A stretch of DNA of 62,918 nucleotides, filler included, from Choristocarpus tenellus KU-1152 (taxonomy: Eukaryota > Protista > Phaeophyceae): NCBI GenBank assembly GCA_964200185.2. It is 9 parts of 9 records of this genome, joined end to end, with 100 filler letters (N's around TTAATTAATTAA, not from the genome) between each part and the next. Parts side by side here need not be neighbours in the genome. Positions count along the whole stretch, not along the records: positions 1 to 8,783 come from CAXNAD020004339.1; positions 8,884 to 19,778 come from CAXNAD020002646.1; 7 more parts are not named here. One strand, 5' to 3'. Below are positions 1 to 12,620 of this stretch, piece by piece. Position 1 is the first letter of the stretch, and each line of letters begins with the position of its first letter. The translations under genes were made by a program, and so were the position numbers. The notes beneath the pieces are model-generated. The model made no database searches. It saw nothing but the letters and a program-made list of their open reading frames with translations, and had not been told where the DNA came from.

Positions 1-72
1 GCGGGTCTGCTGGGCAGGGCCTGAATGGATACCCTGGTGTAGACCCCCCCCCCCACACAGATACTTTGAGGC
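1..72. mobile_element. Partial MITE family C (right end)
   Basis: GTGTAGAC-C(n)-AGATACTTTG end matches the copies at 25178-25356 and 40901-41078. Confidence 0.7.
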
Positions 73-157
73 TTTTCTGTTATTTTGTAGGGCAGGTTAT
101 TGTGCGATTGAGTGTGCGTCAATGACTATACTGAGGGAGTGTCCTTCTATGTCATGT

Positions 158-683
158 GAGTCTCAAATCAATCAAGACGTAGGCAGGTTTTGGACCCTTG
201 AGCCAAAGTATCTGAGAGGGTAGAGCCACGTCCGTTTGGGGGCAAAAATCCAATGTTGCGATTTTGATGTAATTTTGGCTATCGTGTTGTTAGGAAGTAT
301 CGGTACTCTTGTTCTGGACACCACTTCTCACAACATACACATTTTACCTACTCCCATACATTTTGGAGTAGGAAAATGTCATATAAAAACCCGTGGGAAG
401 TCAAGCACCAAACGGACAAACAGGGCAAAACTCGTACCCTCTAAGATACTTTCACTCCCTTTGCATTCTAATCCATATTTCTTTATCCTGTGTGATACAC
501 ACTATTTTAATTGCTTAATATGCTCAGCAGTATACACAAAACCGATATTTTCCCTCTCCGCCCACAATGTGACACCACAACTCAGCAAATGCTCTTTCTT
601 CAATTGTACACGATGGCATATTTCTTCCCTTTGTCGAGATCTTTTAAAATGCAACCATGCCTAGCTCTTACTTGGCTTGACTC
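158..683 (+). mobile_element. MITE family D copy, interrupted by a family A insertion
   Basis: Termini GAGTCTCAAA...TTGACTC with 3-bp TSD TGT (155-157 and 684-686); interior matches 2235-2490 and 17205-17461. Confidence 0.75.
200..457 (+). mobile_element. MITE family A
   Basis: TIRs GAGCCAAAGTATCTGAGAGGGTA / TACCCTCTAAGATACTTTCACTC; 4-bp TSD CCTT (196-199 and 458-461). Confidence 0.9.
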
Positions 684-1425
684 TGTATTAATAAGGCATT
701 GTGTCAGTCCATATGGTTTCCCATTTGGATCGGTGCGAATGTAGTCCTCCATTTTGTGTCATAAGGCATGTGCTGGGCAATATTGGGCATCAATACCTTA
801 TTATACATAGACCAGCTATGCCACAATGAAGGGTGGTGAGAAGTCGACTTGTCCTCACAGACAGCCAGGCAATCAATCCCCTTCTCATGTACCTCCCTGT
901 ACACAATGACCATACCTTACACATTGAAAGGCTGCGCTCTTATTCGGGCCATGACACTGGGACTACCACACTTCACTGGGCATGAATGTTAGTGCAGACA
1001 TTACCTTCAGGAAATTTGTGGTACCACGGATCTGGATGAAGACGATGATATGAGGCCGTGCTTTGATTGTCACACTCCCGACAAGGAGAGAAGAGTGACA
1101 AGGGCACCAGCGACAATGAAACCATCGTTGTGTCAAGGACTTCTTCTCCTTGAACTGGAAATGGACCACTTGTTGCTGACAAATCATAGCTGTTTGGCAC
1201 GAGGTCAACATTAGGATCAAGTGAGCCCATAAATGTTGGTGGAGACAGTGACGTGTGCAGCATGGCATCAAAGCGTAAGGAGAGGCATGAGGACACATCA
1301 GGTGGCGCCAACAAATGTAAGCAATTATCTCTCTGGCCCAGAAAGGCGAAGTGCTGTACATGCTAGGCGAACACAAGCGAAAGCAACTAAGTGTAACGGA
1401 GTGACGAAGTGTTGGTATGAGGACC

Positions 1426-1692
1426 GAGTCGAAGTAAGCGAGAGGTACCCACGGTTGCATATATAGGTATATAGGATGGTGACAAATTTGTGCAAATTTC
1501 GACTTTTTGTGTAAATGCGTGTAGGGAATTTTCTAAATTCCGTTTGAAAAAAAATTACAATAGAGAAATGAATGCTCTCAAATGATTTTTAGTACTCTTC
1601 ATCCATAGAAATATGGGTCAATTACAGAAGACTAAAAGTGGCATAAAATGTAAGACAACCAAAACCCGGGTACGTCTCGTTTAGTTTGGCTC
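1426..1692 (+). mobile_element. MITE family E
   Basis: TIRs GAGTCGAAGTAAGCGAGAGGTACCC / GGGTACGTCTCGTTTAGTTTGGCTC; 3-bp TSD ACC; second copy at 60300-60556. Confidence 0.75.
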
Positions 1693-2234
1693 ACCATTCG
1701 ATGAATTGGAGTCAGCAAGAAAGAGGTCGCTCAGAAGCATCAGTTTAAACAAGTGGAAAGGCGATGAGAAAGGCAACTTTGGAAGCGACAGTACCCAGAG
1801 GTAATATTTGTACCTGCAATATGTGTCTGTTATGGTACTACTGTCTGCACTCCTACAATAGTGTTTGTGCAGTGCAGCGGTGATTTAGTCAGAAAGTAAG
1901 ATGGAGATATACGGTGATGGTGATGGTGGTGGAGAGGCAAGTATTCTTCCGCCCACCTCTATTGAAGTGTTACCATATTTTCTTGGATAATATTTGGAGG
2001 GTGAAGACTAAAGAGAACGAGGTGGAATGTGCCTGTACATTCCTGCAAAAGATAAAAATGGAGTTCTTGACTGGTTCTGTTTTGGGACGCTTCGGGATCT
2101 GCAATGCAGACATATGTAAGGCAATTTTTGGTAAATAGGTTCTGTGATATACTGTTCCTGTTCTCTGCATCAACAAATTTGATTTTTAAATCACACACAT
2201 GACTCTCTGCAGAGACAACGTCATACCTGGTTAA

Positions 2235-2490
2235 GATTGAAACCAATTGAGAGGTAGGGGGGTTTGTACCCTTTTGCATTCTAAGCTACGTTTCTTACCC
2301 TATGCAATACACTATTTTGTTGCTTCATGTGCTCCACAATGTACGCAAAATTGATATACCCCATTCCCACACACGAAATGTCGCAACAATTCAGCAAACC
2401 CTTTTTCTACAATTTTACAAAATGGCTACTTTTGCCCTTTCTTGGTATCCTCAAAATGCAACCCTGTCTACCTCTCAGTTAGTTTGACTC
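2235..2490 (+). mobile_element. MITE family D
   Basis: TIRs GATTGAAACCAATTGAGAGGTAG / CTACCTCTCAGTTAGTTTGACTC; 3-bp TSD TAA. Confidence 0.85.
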
Positions 2491-3399
2491 TAAACAACAC
2501 CACTCGTGATCATGTGGATCACATTTGGTAGATAAACCCCATAATTTTTACCGTTACAGAGCCATTTGTTGGAAAAAGTTAACTTTAAGTCATAGTAGAC
2601 CTGAAATAGCCACACACCTCTTACGTGAACTTTTCGCAACAAGGTATGTAGTCGGTATTAATTGTTTGGGATATGTTTTCGATTTGGAACGAGAGCACCT
2701 TAAAAGGGTATTCTCAAAGACATAATGTTTTATTGTACTTCAAAGTATCAGTGTAAAGTGGTATCAATAGGTTAGCTTCTGTGAGCAATCTTGCTTGTTT
2801 TTACTGTTTTGCCACGAGCGATATGCAACAATATAAATAGCAAATGAACGCTTATGCCAAGAAGGGTTGAAGATTTGTATGCAGAATTGTATTGAATCCA
2901 TTGAACGGGAACTATCTCCCGATCAGAAATTGAAAAACGTGGGGGAATAACTCCGGTGCAATTTTGATGGTCACATCCTCAAAAGGTACAAAAATAAAGT
3001 GGTTGAACTGAATTCCCCACAAAAACCTGGCCCGGGATAAGCCCCTGCCAAAGGTACTGTGCGTGTGTCAATACTGAAAAAAAAGCAAGATTCCCGGACA
3101 TCTGTTTAACGCCTTTTGCAGACTTTCTATGAGCACACACACAGATGACCCATACAGCAATATGGACCACGACGGTGAGAAAAGGAGAGCCGCCGAGCCC
3201 ACTCTGCCCCCTGGATCTACCCTCAGCACCTTCTCTGTCGAGAGGTGACAGAAAAATAAGTACGATGTGACACTCAGTGCGATGTTAGGTGGCGAGGAAG
3301 TATGCGTAATGAGACGCAGCAGCATGATCAAATCGCGAAATGGACCATGCGGCCGCATTGACGCTGAGAGAAGATGCATTGGCATTGAAAGCATTACTA

Positions 3400-4360
3400 C
3401 ACAAACGTGTTTGGATCCTCAACCGATGTGGAGCACTGCTCCGCAATCTCTTCTGCCTCGGGAAAGCAGGAAGAGAGCGGCGAGTGCATCACCAGCTGGT
3501 ACAGTGACGAGGTCTGTGGGGAAGCCTGGTCATGGCGAGTGAAGGGAGAACGAGGGTGGCCAGCCAAAGGGAAGGTTGGGGAGGAGAGCAGTGCAACTGA
3601 GTGCCATTGCACTCAGGAAATGCCTAAGCGAAAACCCGTGTGTAAAATATCTTAGTAGTCGATGGTTGCAGCAGACCCTGGCTATTTGGAAACTATGCAA
3701 GCCGGAGTGACTTAAGGAAACGAGAAAGAAGATGTTGGGGTCGGGCTACAAGGAATCTGAAGCCTGAAAGAATGTTGAAAGGGCTCGCAAGGTGGAGGAG
3801 AAAGCGATCGTAACACTTGTAGCCATGGAGATGTTTCGCTATCACTAAATCCTTTACTTAGAAGAGGTCGTGAAGCGGGTGGAAGCAGCCATCGACTATG
3901 TAGGGAAGCTTAAGGGGACGCAACAAATTTTGTGGGAAAGGGGGCTGTTAGAACCCGGAATGATGAAGGACGGGAGGAAGGGAGAGAAACAGAACCCAAG
4001 AAAAAGCATGTTGCATGTGCTTGGAGAGCAGAGAGACTTCAACAAGGTAGTTCCTAGTTTTCAGGTTCTTGTCGAGCGGTACAGAGGGTATTCCTAATGC
4101 TCCCAAAGCATTGAGCTCAACCCCATTAAGATCGTGTGGGGTGGGGCAAAGCACGGACTACAACAGCATTGTACCTATTCTATGGAAGGACTCCGAAAAA
4201 ACTTCCTTTGAGCTTGAAACCAGCTGAGGATAGGTAGGCTGTTTGGCTCGTGGAGAAGTACTGCAAGAAGGCGTACACGCACCCCTTGTCTACTTCAAGA
4301 CGGCTGCCACTGGACCAGAAGCCGACAAGGAGTACAAGAGATACAAATATCATTAGCGCC
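3400..4360 (+). pseudogene. Degenerate IS630/Tc1-like (DDE_3-type) transposase
   Basis: ORF 3870-4097 has KLKGTQQILWERGL...DF, followed after a frameshift by LPK-H-ELNPIKIVWGGAK, resembling the LPKFHCELNPIE..W...K motif; stops and frameshifts present; boundaries approximate. Confidence 0.7.
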
Positions 4361-7300
4361 CAGCACATTCAGAATTCCTGGTGGCAGATTGAGACAAGAG
4401 TTACATTTACACGTAGGATTCATTCTTTGGGTTGTTCATTTTACTGGCGTTTAGGGTTAAATAATACACCTGTTCCCACTCCGTGACCTACAATCCAGGG
4501 TTGGAACCCCAATATGATCGCTCTTTCTTGAAACAATATTTTACAAAACAGACGATGCCCCTACTACTCTGGAGGGGATTGTGACGGGCATCACGAATAT
4601 GCAATTATTTCTAAAATCCAATTTCTACGTCAAAAGTTATGACGGGACAACCCCAGAGCCATAGGTTATTGGTACAGGTTATTGGTACCACTATATCACT
4701 ATGAAAAATGAAAACAGGATTGTAGATATACAATGTTTCCTTGGTTTTTCCCCTCACACATCTTAAAAATGTTAGATATTATATTAATATATATACATTT
4801 TAACATTTTGTAGATGTGTGAGGAAATCAATATAACAACGACCCCCTTCTCTTCCTACCCTAACTCTAACTTCTAGAAATTCTGGAATTGTTTTTTTCAG
4901 GTTGTTAAGGGGGTGGTTGACCCAGAATGTCATGACTTAACGAACACACTCTCCTGCCCCATGTGGATCCAAGTAAGAGAAAATGATTTTATTTGTGCCA
5001 TTTCTCTTCTGATCAATTGGGGAATAGCCCTGATTCTATTCTGCCACATGTACCCAATGACCAATGTTGGAGACGTCAGGATACAAATGTCCACTGCAGG
5101 CGTCCACATTCCCGCGCGCATGAAGAATGTTTTTTGTTCCCTTCGCTCGAAAAATAATAATATGTACTTCTATTGGTATATGTCCGTTTCGACAAAGGTG
5201 CTTCTTGTAGTTCTTGATCTCAAAGAATGGGGGAACCTCATCAATCTCCAGGTTTCAAGGTTTATATTATGATCTTACCGTACTGCTGTAGTTCGACCTC
5301 AATTCGAAAGAACTATTGACCTATTCATGTCCAAAAGCATCATATTTGACGTTAAGGCCACCACCATGCATTTATTTTTCGTAACCCATACAGAAAAAAC
5401 ATGGTCGGGACGAAAGGTCAGTCACCCGAAAATAACGATATCAAGCTGTTTGAACCACTCAACTTTGGCTTGGACAGTAGAAACTGTTAGTCTAGAGTCT
5501 GGAGCGATCGGCCTGCTCTATGATGTTCAGGTGTTAGAAGGCGTCATAGTCATGCTCTCATTTTGTCGCAGTTGTCTGACCGAAAGTGTGGGAGGTGCGT
5601 ACGAACGCCTGAGAGTGGAGGCTTCACATCTATCTGCGGGAGATTTTCTAGTATGTCTTTTAACGACGGTGAGTTCCGACTCGTCGGGTAACACGAACAA
5701 TACAATAACGAGGCTCCACGATCCAGGTGGCTATCTCAAAACGTATGTAGTACGATGTTGCGAATGGTATGTTGCAGGTGTGTCAGGGGAATGTTTGCAG
5801 AACTTGCTCAAATAATGCAAAACTGGTGACTGAACTATCTAGAAATAGAGCTCTGGTTAATGACATCCCCTGAAAAATAATTTTTGCAGGGAATGTCATT
5901 AGCTACTGTTCGGAAGGCAACCAGTTGTCCCTTGGCCATTCAACACCTTACCTAGTAAAGTATCTGAAGTTTTACATCTCGTATCCCTTCCCCGCACCAG
6001 GTGACTCGGAAAACGATGGAATGCCAACAAGTTTTGGGAGCTCTGATGAGACTCCGATTTTCGTGCGACCTGCACTACCTCCCGATATTGTTTTACAATC
6101 GTCCAACACAGTGGCCGATAGAGGTAAGTAGTTATCACCAATTGGTCTTGCGAAACATATCCGTGTTGCTACACGATGCCTTTTTGTGATATACTGGTAT
6201 CGCATACACGATGACCGAGACGAAAGGAGTCCAAGAAGTTAAATAGGTGCACCTTAATATTATGAGTGCTTTGCTTCGTGACGACCACCCCCTCACGTGT
6301 TCCTGTTGGACGTAAGTCTATAATATATAAAGTATCAGACTAGACAATGCCATTGGGCAGGTTCCTATTTGATTTCATGGTCGGCCTAACCAGAAACAGG
6401 ATACGGACACCGCTCACCCTCTTACTTCTGGTGGTTTTTGTTACTGCGCACCTACTTGCCTATTGGCAAGTCCTGGTTTGGTTCCGGCTCATAGACGCTA
6501 CACTCTTCTTGGTGCTGGGCCCTCTTTTCCTTGTCAAGTTATACCAGTCGCGGTACGTCCTGGAGATACGAACAAGGTCAGATATTGTATTTATTCCTGC
6601 TTCATATGTATTACAAGTACAACAATATCAAAGTGCATAGAACTATTACCGTTTATAAGTTGACGAATGCGTAGTAGAAAACCGTCATCTTGGGAACCTC
6701 AACATGTTCTCTCTCCAATTGCGCAATCCTTCGCTAATTGATCGACTCCTGTCGAGAGAGCTCTGTTGCTGTGTAGCAGAATTATGGGGCTAGCAAGTAA
6801 CTGTGGACTAGTACAGCAATCAAGTAATCATTGTATTAGGTCAGGTATGCGTGCTCCTTTTCCCCACAAGTTCGTCCCTTGTGTCTCCTTTTGGCTTTTC
6901 ATAAAGGCATGACCATATATAACCATATGTACTTTCTCCTATTCCTTTGCCTCTTGGTTGCATTTTTTTTAAAGGAAATGTTCAACAGGCTGAGAAGGTA
7001 TGCTCGAAAGTATAAACATCGGTCACACAGTGTTGTATGTTTTGCCATCATACTGGTATTTCTTCCTCCGTTAGGTATTCAAGGACTACATTCAACTTCT
7101 CCCTAGGAAACACAATTCAAGAGAAAGAACATCTGTGGGAAGTTCTAAGAAGAAAATTCATACTTGGTATTCCAGAGTACATGATGCTTGATATCTGTCT
7201 GATGCCTGATATCAGAGATAGGATAGCACACACAACCTCATGTACATAAATGGGTGAATAAATTGCCAAGTTGGATTCAGGCAGGAGATTCAGTATCCAA

Positions 7301-8330
7301 AGGTCTGAGCAAAATGCCTTCGCTGCTTGTTTCAATCAGCACTGTGCCTGCCCATGCCGCAAGAACAGGTCACCCAGGATAATGATTGTCACAGGTGCAG
7401 CAATTCTGCTGGAATTGCTAACTTGGTTTCACATATCCTTGGATCGCGTTTGTGGGCAGTCCACTCTGGATATCTTCTGGATCCTTCTGGTAAGAGATAG
7501 GGGGGTAAACACATGTCCACATCATTATGTTCCTAGGGACACCATAGCGTATGTTGAAGTATTTCACTTAAACCCACCGAATATTAGTATTATCTATGGT
7601 GTACTGGCACAGAAGACAATATATGACTTGGTGTGAATGTACATGTATTAGAGTTACAAGACGTGTGTGATCTCGATTCTGCTGGCTGAGCAGGGCTAAG
7701 ACAGTTAACTGGGGCTAAGGCAGTTGTAGACTACCATTTGGGATTTGCAATGGACACATGGATACTGCAGAAAAAAATACTATCACAGAATCACAAATAC
7801 CATGTGATACCTCAACAGAAAATCCACTACCAGGTTCCAACAATAGTTGATCCTTGGGTAGAACTATATTGGAACTACCTGGTACCACATAACTAGTGCA
7901 TCTTTCCTAATCTACTCCACCGGTGATATCTGTTATTGTATGTCAGGAGCACCACCTATGAACAGTACAGCATAGCAGCAATTCCAGGAGCACTACTGTA
8001 GACCTTTTCCACCAAACATCTACTGTATATTAATGCAACACGATATTGTGATCGTGTGCATCATGTAGTCTAAACCTTACTCCCTTCCGACATGCCGATG
8101 AGTGGTGGCATACCGTGCACACCAAGACTCTAGTGTACGCGATAGAGCATAATCTCTACAGACCAGCGCAAACATTCTGGAGTATCATTGCACGTTGCTT
8201 CTGCCAAGATACTGTGCAGTTGGGAGTGTTCGTAGGTCCTAAACTTCTTACGCTACCGTGATTCTGCACACCACTTTGTCATTGATTTACTTGTCAATGC
8301 ACAGTTTCATCTGACTCCTGAGATGATTTG

Positions 8331-8495
8331 GGGTCAAAGTATCTGAGGGGGGGTGGTGGTTTGTGAGGCGGCGTCCGTTTCGGTCAAAAAACTCTTTTTT
8401 TTGCTGACATTTCAAATCCGACACGTGCGACCAAATCACACCAAAAAAGTGTGAAAACCGGACGCCGACACCCCCCCCCCCAGATACTTTGACCG
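8331..8495 (-). mobile_element. MITE family B
   Basis: GGGTCAAAGTATCT-G(n)...C(n)-AGATACTTTGACC; reverse complement of 8607-8775 and 59195-59372. Confidence 0.85.
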
Positions 8496-8606
8496 TAGTG
8501 ATAGTAACGACCAGTGTGTAACGGACCAATCAACAATCAGTATTGACTGGTGGTACTGTATTGTATCTAGAAAAACAAATTAGTAGCCCATGTTTTAACA
8601 CGTTGA

Positions 8607-8775
8607 GGGTCAAAGTATCTGGGGGGGGTGTCGGCGTCCATTTTTCACTGTTTTTTCGATTTTCACTCTTTTGGTGTGATTTGTTCGGATTTGAAATGTC
8701 AGCAAAAAAAGAGTTGTTTGACCGAAACGGACGCCCCCTCACAAAACCCCCCCCCCCCCCCCCCCCCCCTATCTG
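8607..8775 (+). mobile_element. MITE family B, right end lost at contig break
   Basis: Left TIR GGGTCAAAGTATCTGGGGGGG; interior nearly identical to 59195-59372. Confidence 0.85.
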
Positions 8776-8783
8776 AAACGTTA

Positions 8784-8883
8784 NNNNNNNNNNNNNNNNN
8801 NNNNNNNNNNNNNNNNNNNNNNNNNNNTTAATTAATTAANNNNNNNNNNNNNNNNNNNNNNNNNNNNNNNNNNNNNNNNNNNN
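8784..8883. other. Artificial contig spacer
   Basis: N44-TTAATTAATTAA-N44, giving stops in all six frames; the same spacer recurs eight times. Confidence 0.97.
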
Positions 8884-9897
8884 GAATGGAGGATAGAGGA
8901 ATAAGGAAATAGGAACGTGCAAATAATATTAATAATCCAGAATTCGTGAGCAAAGCAAATAGTAATATAATATAGATTTTCTGTTTAGATTGAACACTAA
9001 ATATTGAAGTAGGAGTAGAGGATCTTGAAAGTATTTTTTTAACGTAGGGTAATAGAAGAAGTACAACAGATCAACAAAAAAAGTGTAATATATTACGTAA
9101 TTTATTAAGAAATTGGTAGAAGTTGAGGGATTGAGGAAGAAAACTTGGCGTTCATGGAAATTCAAATTCTATCCTAAGTTCTGTTTTGAACGTCTAAGGT
9201 GATTCTCATCGCCCCCCTTAACACAGAACTCGATGTCTTTCACGATCATGATCACGCAAGGGCTCAAACTCAGGATCTTGTCTTTATCAGAGCCGGATGA
9301 TGACGATTGGTTGTAAACTTTGAGCTCACACCACAGTGGTCGGCCTTGAGACAATGGTCAGGTTCGTTGGGAGTATTGGACGAACTTTGTTCAACTTGTT
9401 AAGACCTGGAACAATCAGCCAAAACATGTACTAGTGATGGGAATAGGAAGGGATGTAGGTGGGAGCAGGAGAACAAGCTGATGAAGCCGACAGAAAATCT
9501 CCTGGAAGAGGTGGACATGGGGCTTCTCAGCTTCCATGCAGAGGGTCAGATGGTTCCCCACACGGCGACCTTCACGCTTGGTTTAGTGGTGTCAAGGGAA
9601 ACGAGGTTTCGATGCGCACTGTTGGCAGGATCGAGAATTGACACAAGAGGCTTTTAACAAGAGCGAGAAGATGCAGAGAGGTGTGTGAGGCAGTAAGAGG
9701 ACATTGGGATGTTTGTTGTGGACGATCGTTAACAAAGCAGATCCTCAACAGATACAGATTTGCCCATTGTTCCAAAGACACTTTCCCATGTCCTCACAAA
9801 TTTCAGGGCAACATTACCATCATTTCTGTATGTGTATTCACCAGTGTCCACCTAGACTCTCTCTTGGTCAATAGCTGGAAGTAGTTGAAGTTGAACA

Positions 9898-10168
9898 AAC
9901 TGAAAGTCCGTAGCATCTAAGAGGGTAGGAGTTTTGTCCTGTTTGTCCGTTCGGAGCTTGGCTTCCCCCTGTTTTTTTTGTGCCCATTTTCGGTTTTCTG
10001 TGTGAACACTGTTACCTAAAATGTATACGACTATGAAAGGTGTGTCCGGAGCAAGGATATTGATATTTGCTAACGAACACGATACCCAATAAATTACGTC
10101 AAAATCGCAACATCGGATTTATGACTTCAAACGGACGCTCGGCCCCACCCTCTTAAACTTTTTGGCTC
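9898..10168 (-). mobile_element. Diverged MITE family A
   Basis: Reverse-complement similarity to 200-457 (GTTTTGTCCTGTTTGTCCG...AAAATCGCAACATCGGATTT...TTTGGCTC). Confidence 0.7.
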
Positions 10169-10899
10169 TGGATCCACTGTAGTACTACTGCCTGGATTTA
10201 CTGTATTATTCCTGACAAAAGAACTCTCTGTACTCAGTTCCAATTTACTTGTCCCAGCTGAGCTACAGTGTTCAGGACAAAGGTGACTTGGATGAGGAGA
10301 GGAGCGGCAAGGAATCTGTCCTTGGGGGAACTGGGGTGGTCTCCAAAGTAGTTGATGTATTTTTTCATGCTCGTCCTAGCGGGGAAAAGAAGTGACAGCC
10401 TTTGTGGAGCAGGTATTCTGGGGTGGTGAACAGTGATGGAGATCTGCTGAAAGGTGAGATACGTTATTGTTGTGGACAAAGCGGGGAAGCTGAGTGGGAC
10501 ACTGGGAAAAGATGTTGGTTTTCTTTTCTATGGGGACAAGATCAAGCATGTGGTAGCGGTGGCAAATTCTCATATGCAATCGTGTGGGTGTCCTTCATGT
10601 GTGGGCTAGCATCTGGCATATGTTGGGCACTCTGTTGCCCATGACACTGGTGAGAGCATGGGTTGCTTAGAGATGGGTTATTGATGAAACAGGTAGATGG
10701 AGGGAGGGTGATAATCTAACAGGTCTTGTCTTTGTTCACTTCTCACTCGGGCCAACTTCAGTGAACTGTACTGTGTCTGCAGATAGAGGTAGGACAGAAT
10801 GTGGTGGGGAAAAAGCAGGAAGTGCTGAAGTGCTCTCTGTGTTGAAGAAGCTACTCGTCTCACTGTGAAAAAATTATTGAGGTTATGGCTGTAGCAAAA

Positions 10900-11700
10900 C
10901 TGTTGTTGTGTGTGGAGTCAGCACCAAAAAGGGGTTTGATGGCAGAAGACTGCTCTTGCTATCTTTTGGTAGGTGTTCAAGCACCTGTCAAAATGGGGCA
11001 TAAGATGGGTAGACTTGGAAATTGATTTCTAGTACCCTAGATTTGCTGTATTTGGGTTTATGTTTGCATATGGGCAACCAATTCCTGGGTAGTAAATCGT
11101 AACACACATCAAAATACCGTGCCATCAGGTACATGCAGGGGGTCTTCTGTTTTGTGAAGGAGTCCCTGGCTGCAAGAGAGATATGAGCTGGTGAGGCTTT
11201 GGAATGGGCTCTTACGACTGATAATGCAAAACTTGCACTTCTATGGATGCCGTCATAGTGGGTGAAAGGGGACTAACAACCATATTCTCCTGCAGGTGTA
11301 GGGTGTCTTTTGGGAATGCTTGGGTGATTATTAAAAGGACATGGACTGGGGAGACCTGACCGCAGATTTTGCGGCATTTTGATACACGATTTAATTTTAA
11401 CCTATGTGAAGCATTTATGGAGTACTTGTATGCTACCTCTACTGAAATACACCCACCAATGTATAGAGCAAGATAAAGGAATGAGAACGTGTCGAAATTG
11501 AACGGCCAGTGGCTCTGGCAATTGGTATCTGAAGTGTGAATCCAGGGCACGATCTTATAGGGAAAAAGGAAACGCATACCTCAAGTGTGATAAGAAAGAG
11601 ATCATCCATGAGAAATCCATATACTCATGTCTTACCCAATGGGACCATAAGTGCGTGCATTTAACACCTTTTATGCATTATTTTTTTCCTCAAATTTTGT
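10900..11700 (-). pseudogene. Possible degenerate non-LTR retrotransposon reverse transcriptase
   Basis: Minus-strand VYGFLMDDLFLIT near 11600 (xDD motif) followed by DTFSFLYLALYI (F.YLG-like) in ORF 11212-11577; boundaries approximate. Confidence 0.4.
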
Positions 11701-12620
11701 GGTCAATACTCGGAGTTTGCATTCTTTCTTAGCCAGCACGCCATACTTTCATGTGTTTGTCTGGAAGTATGAACTGTGGTCTAATATTTCCTGCACCTCT
11801 ATAGAACTCATAGTCTCCCTCCGATATGGCTCACCAAAGCAAGTCCCTGCAACCAACCTCTTGGCAGGCAATACTTAACATTCTTCCCCCTACTGACAAG
11901 CACACTGTCACCACACCCTCACACTTAGCTGTTACTGCAAAGTCACATTCTGTAGCCACTGTACATCTGCTATCTTGTTCAAGTACAGCACTTGACTCAA
12001 GTAACTCCTCAAACATCAACCTTTACACCAAACACACAAAAACCCAACTAAGAGAAAAAAAGAGAAAGCACGTTATATACCCACTAGTACAGCCCCCAGT
12101 CGAACATCAGTAACACACTGGTATCCTCAAGCAGATAGCATTGGACCTCTTGTGGAGTTACATCACAAATTCTAAAAACAAGAAGCCAATGCCAAAATAT
12201 GAGATAACACCAAAATTTGATACATCAAAAGCAAAATATGACAAATCAAATATGGATCTTTTGCAACCTAACATAAAAAAAATGAACCTTCTGAGGCCCA
12301 TCCATCTGCGAAAGCCATTGCACACAGAGAATGCTCAACTTTCTTGCATACAGCTGCAGTTTCTTGTAAGAACACACAATTTTTGACACTTGCATAAACC
12401 TGCGAGTGCACAGGCTTCTTCCGTCTCTATCCAATGTGAATAGCCAAACATAGGCCTCCACCCTGAATCAGGTTTATAAAATGGAGAGGCATGGCGGCCT
12501 AGCACTCTAAATAACAAGTCATCCCCACCCCTCCAGTAAAACAAATGGATCTCATTCTCTATACATGCCTTCAACAAGGTTTTGCAGCCATGTTACAAGT
12601 GAAATAACTTGCTGCCTAAA

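Noticed and set aside
700-1320. CxC/KDZ-transposon-like Cys/His remnant (CRECD...H.LHPDPWYH)
   Set aside because: The resemblance is too weak and fragmented to call without a profile search
9170-9900. Gypsy integrase/polypurine-tract remnant on the minus strand (TTAAGGGGG near 9215)
   Set aside because: No clear catalytic motifs and no paired LTR could be identified
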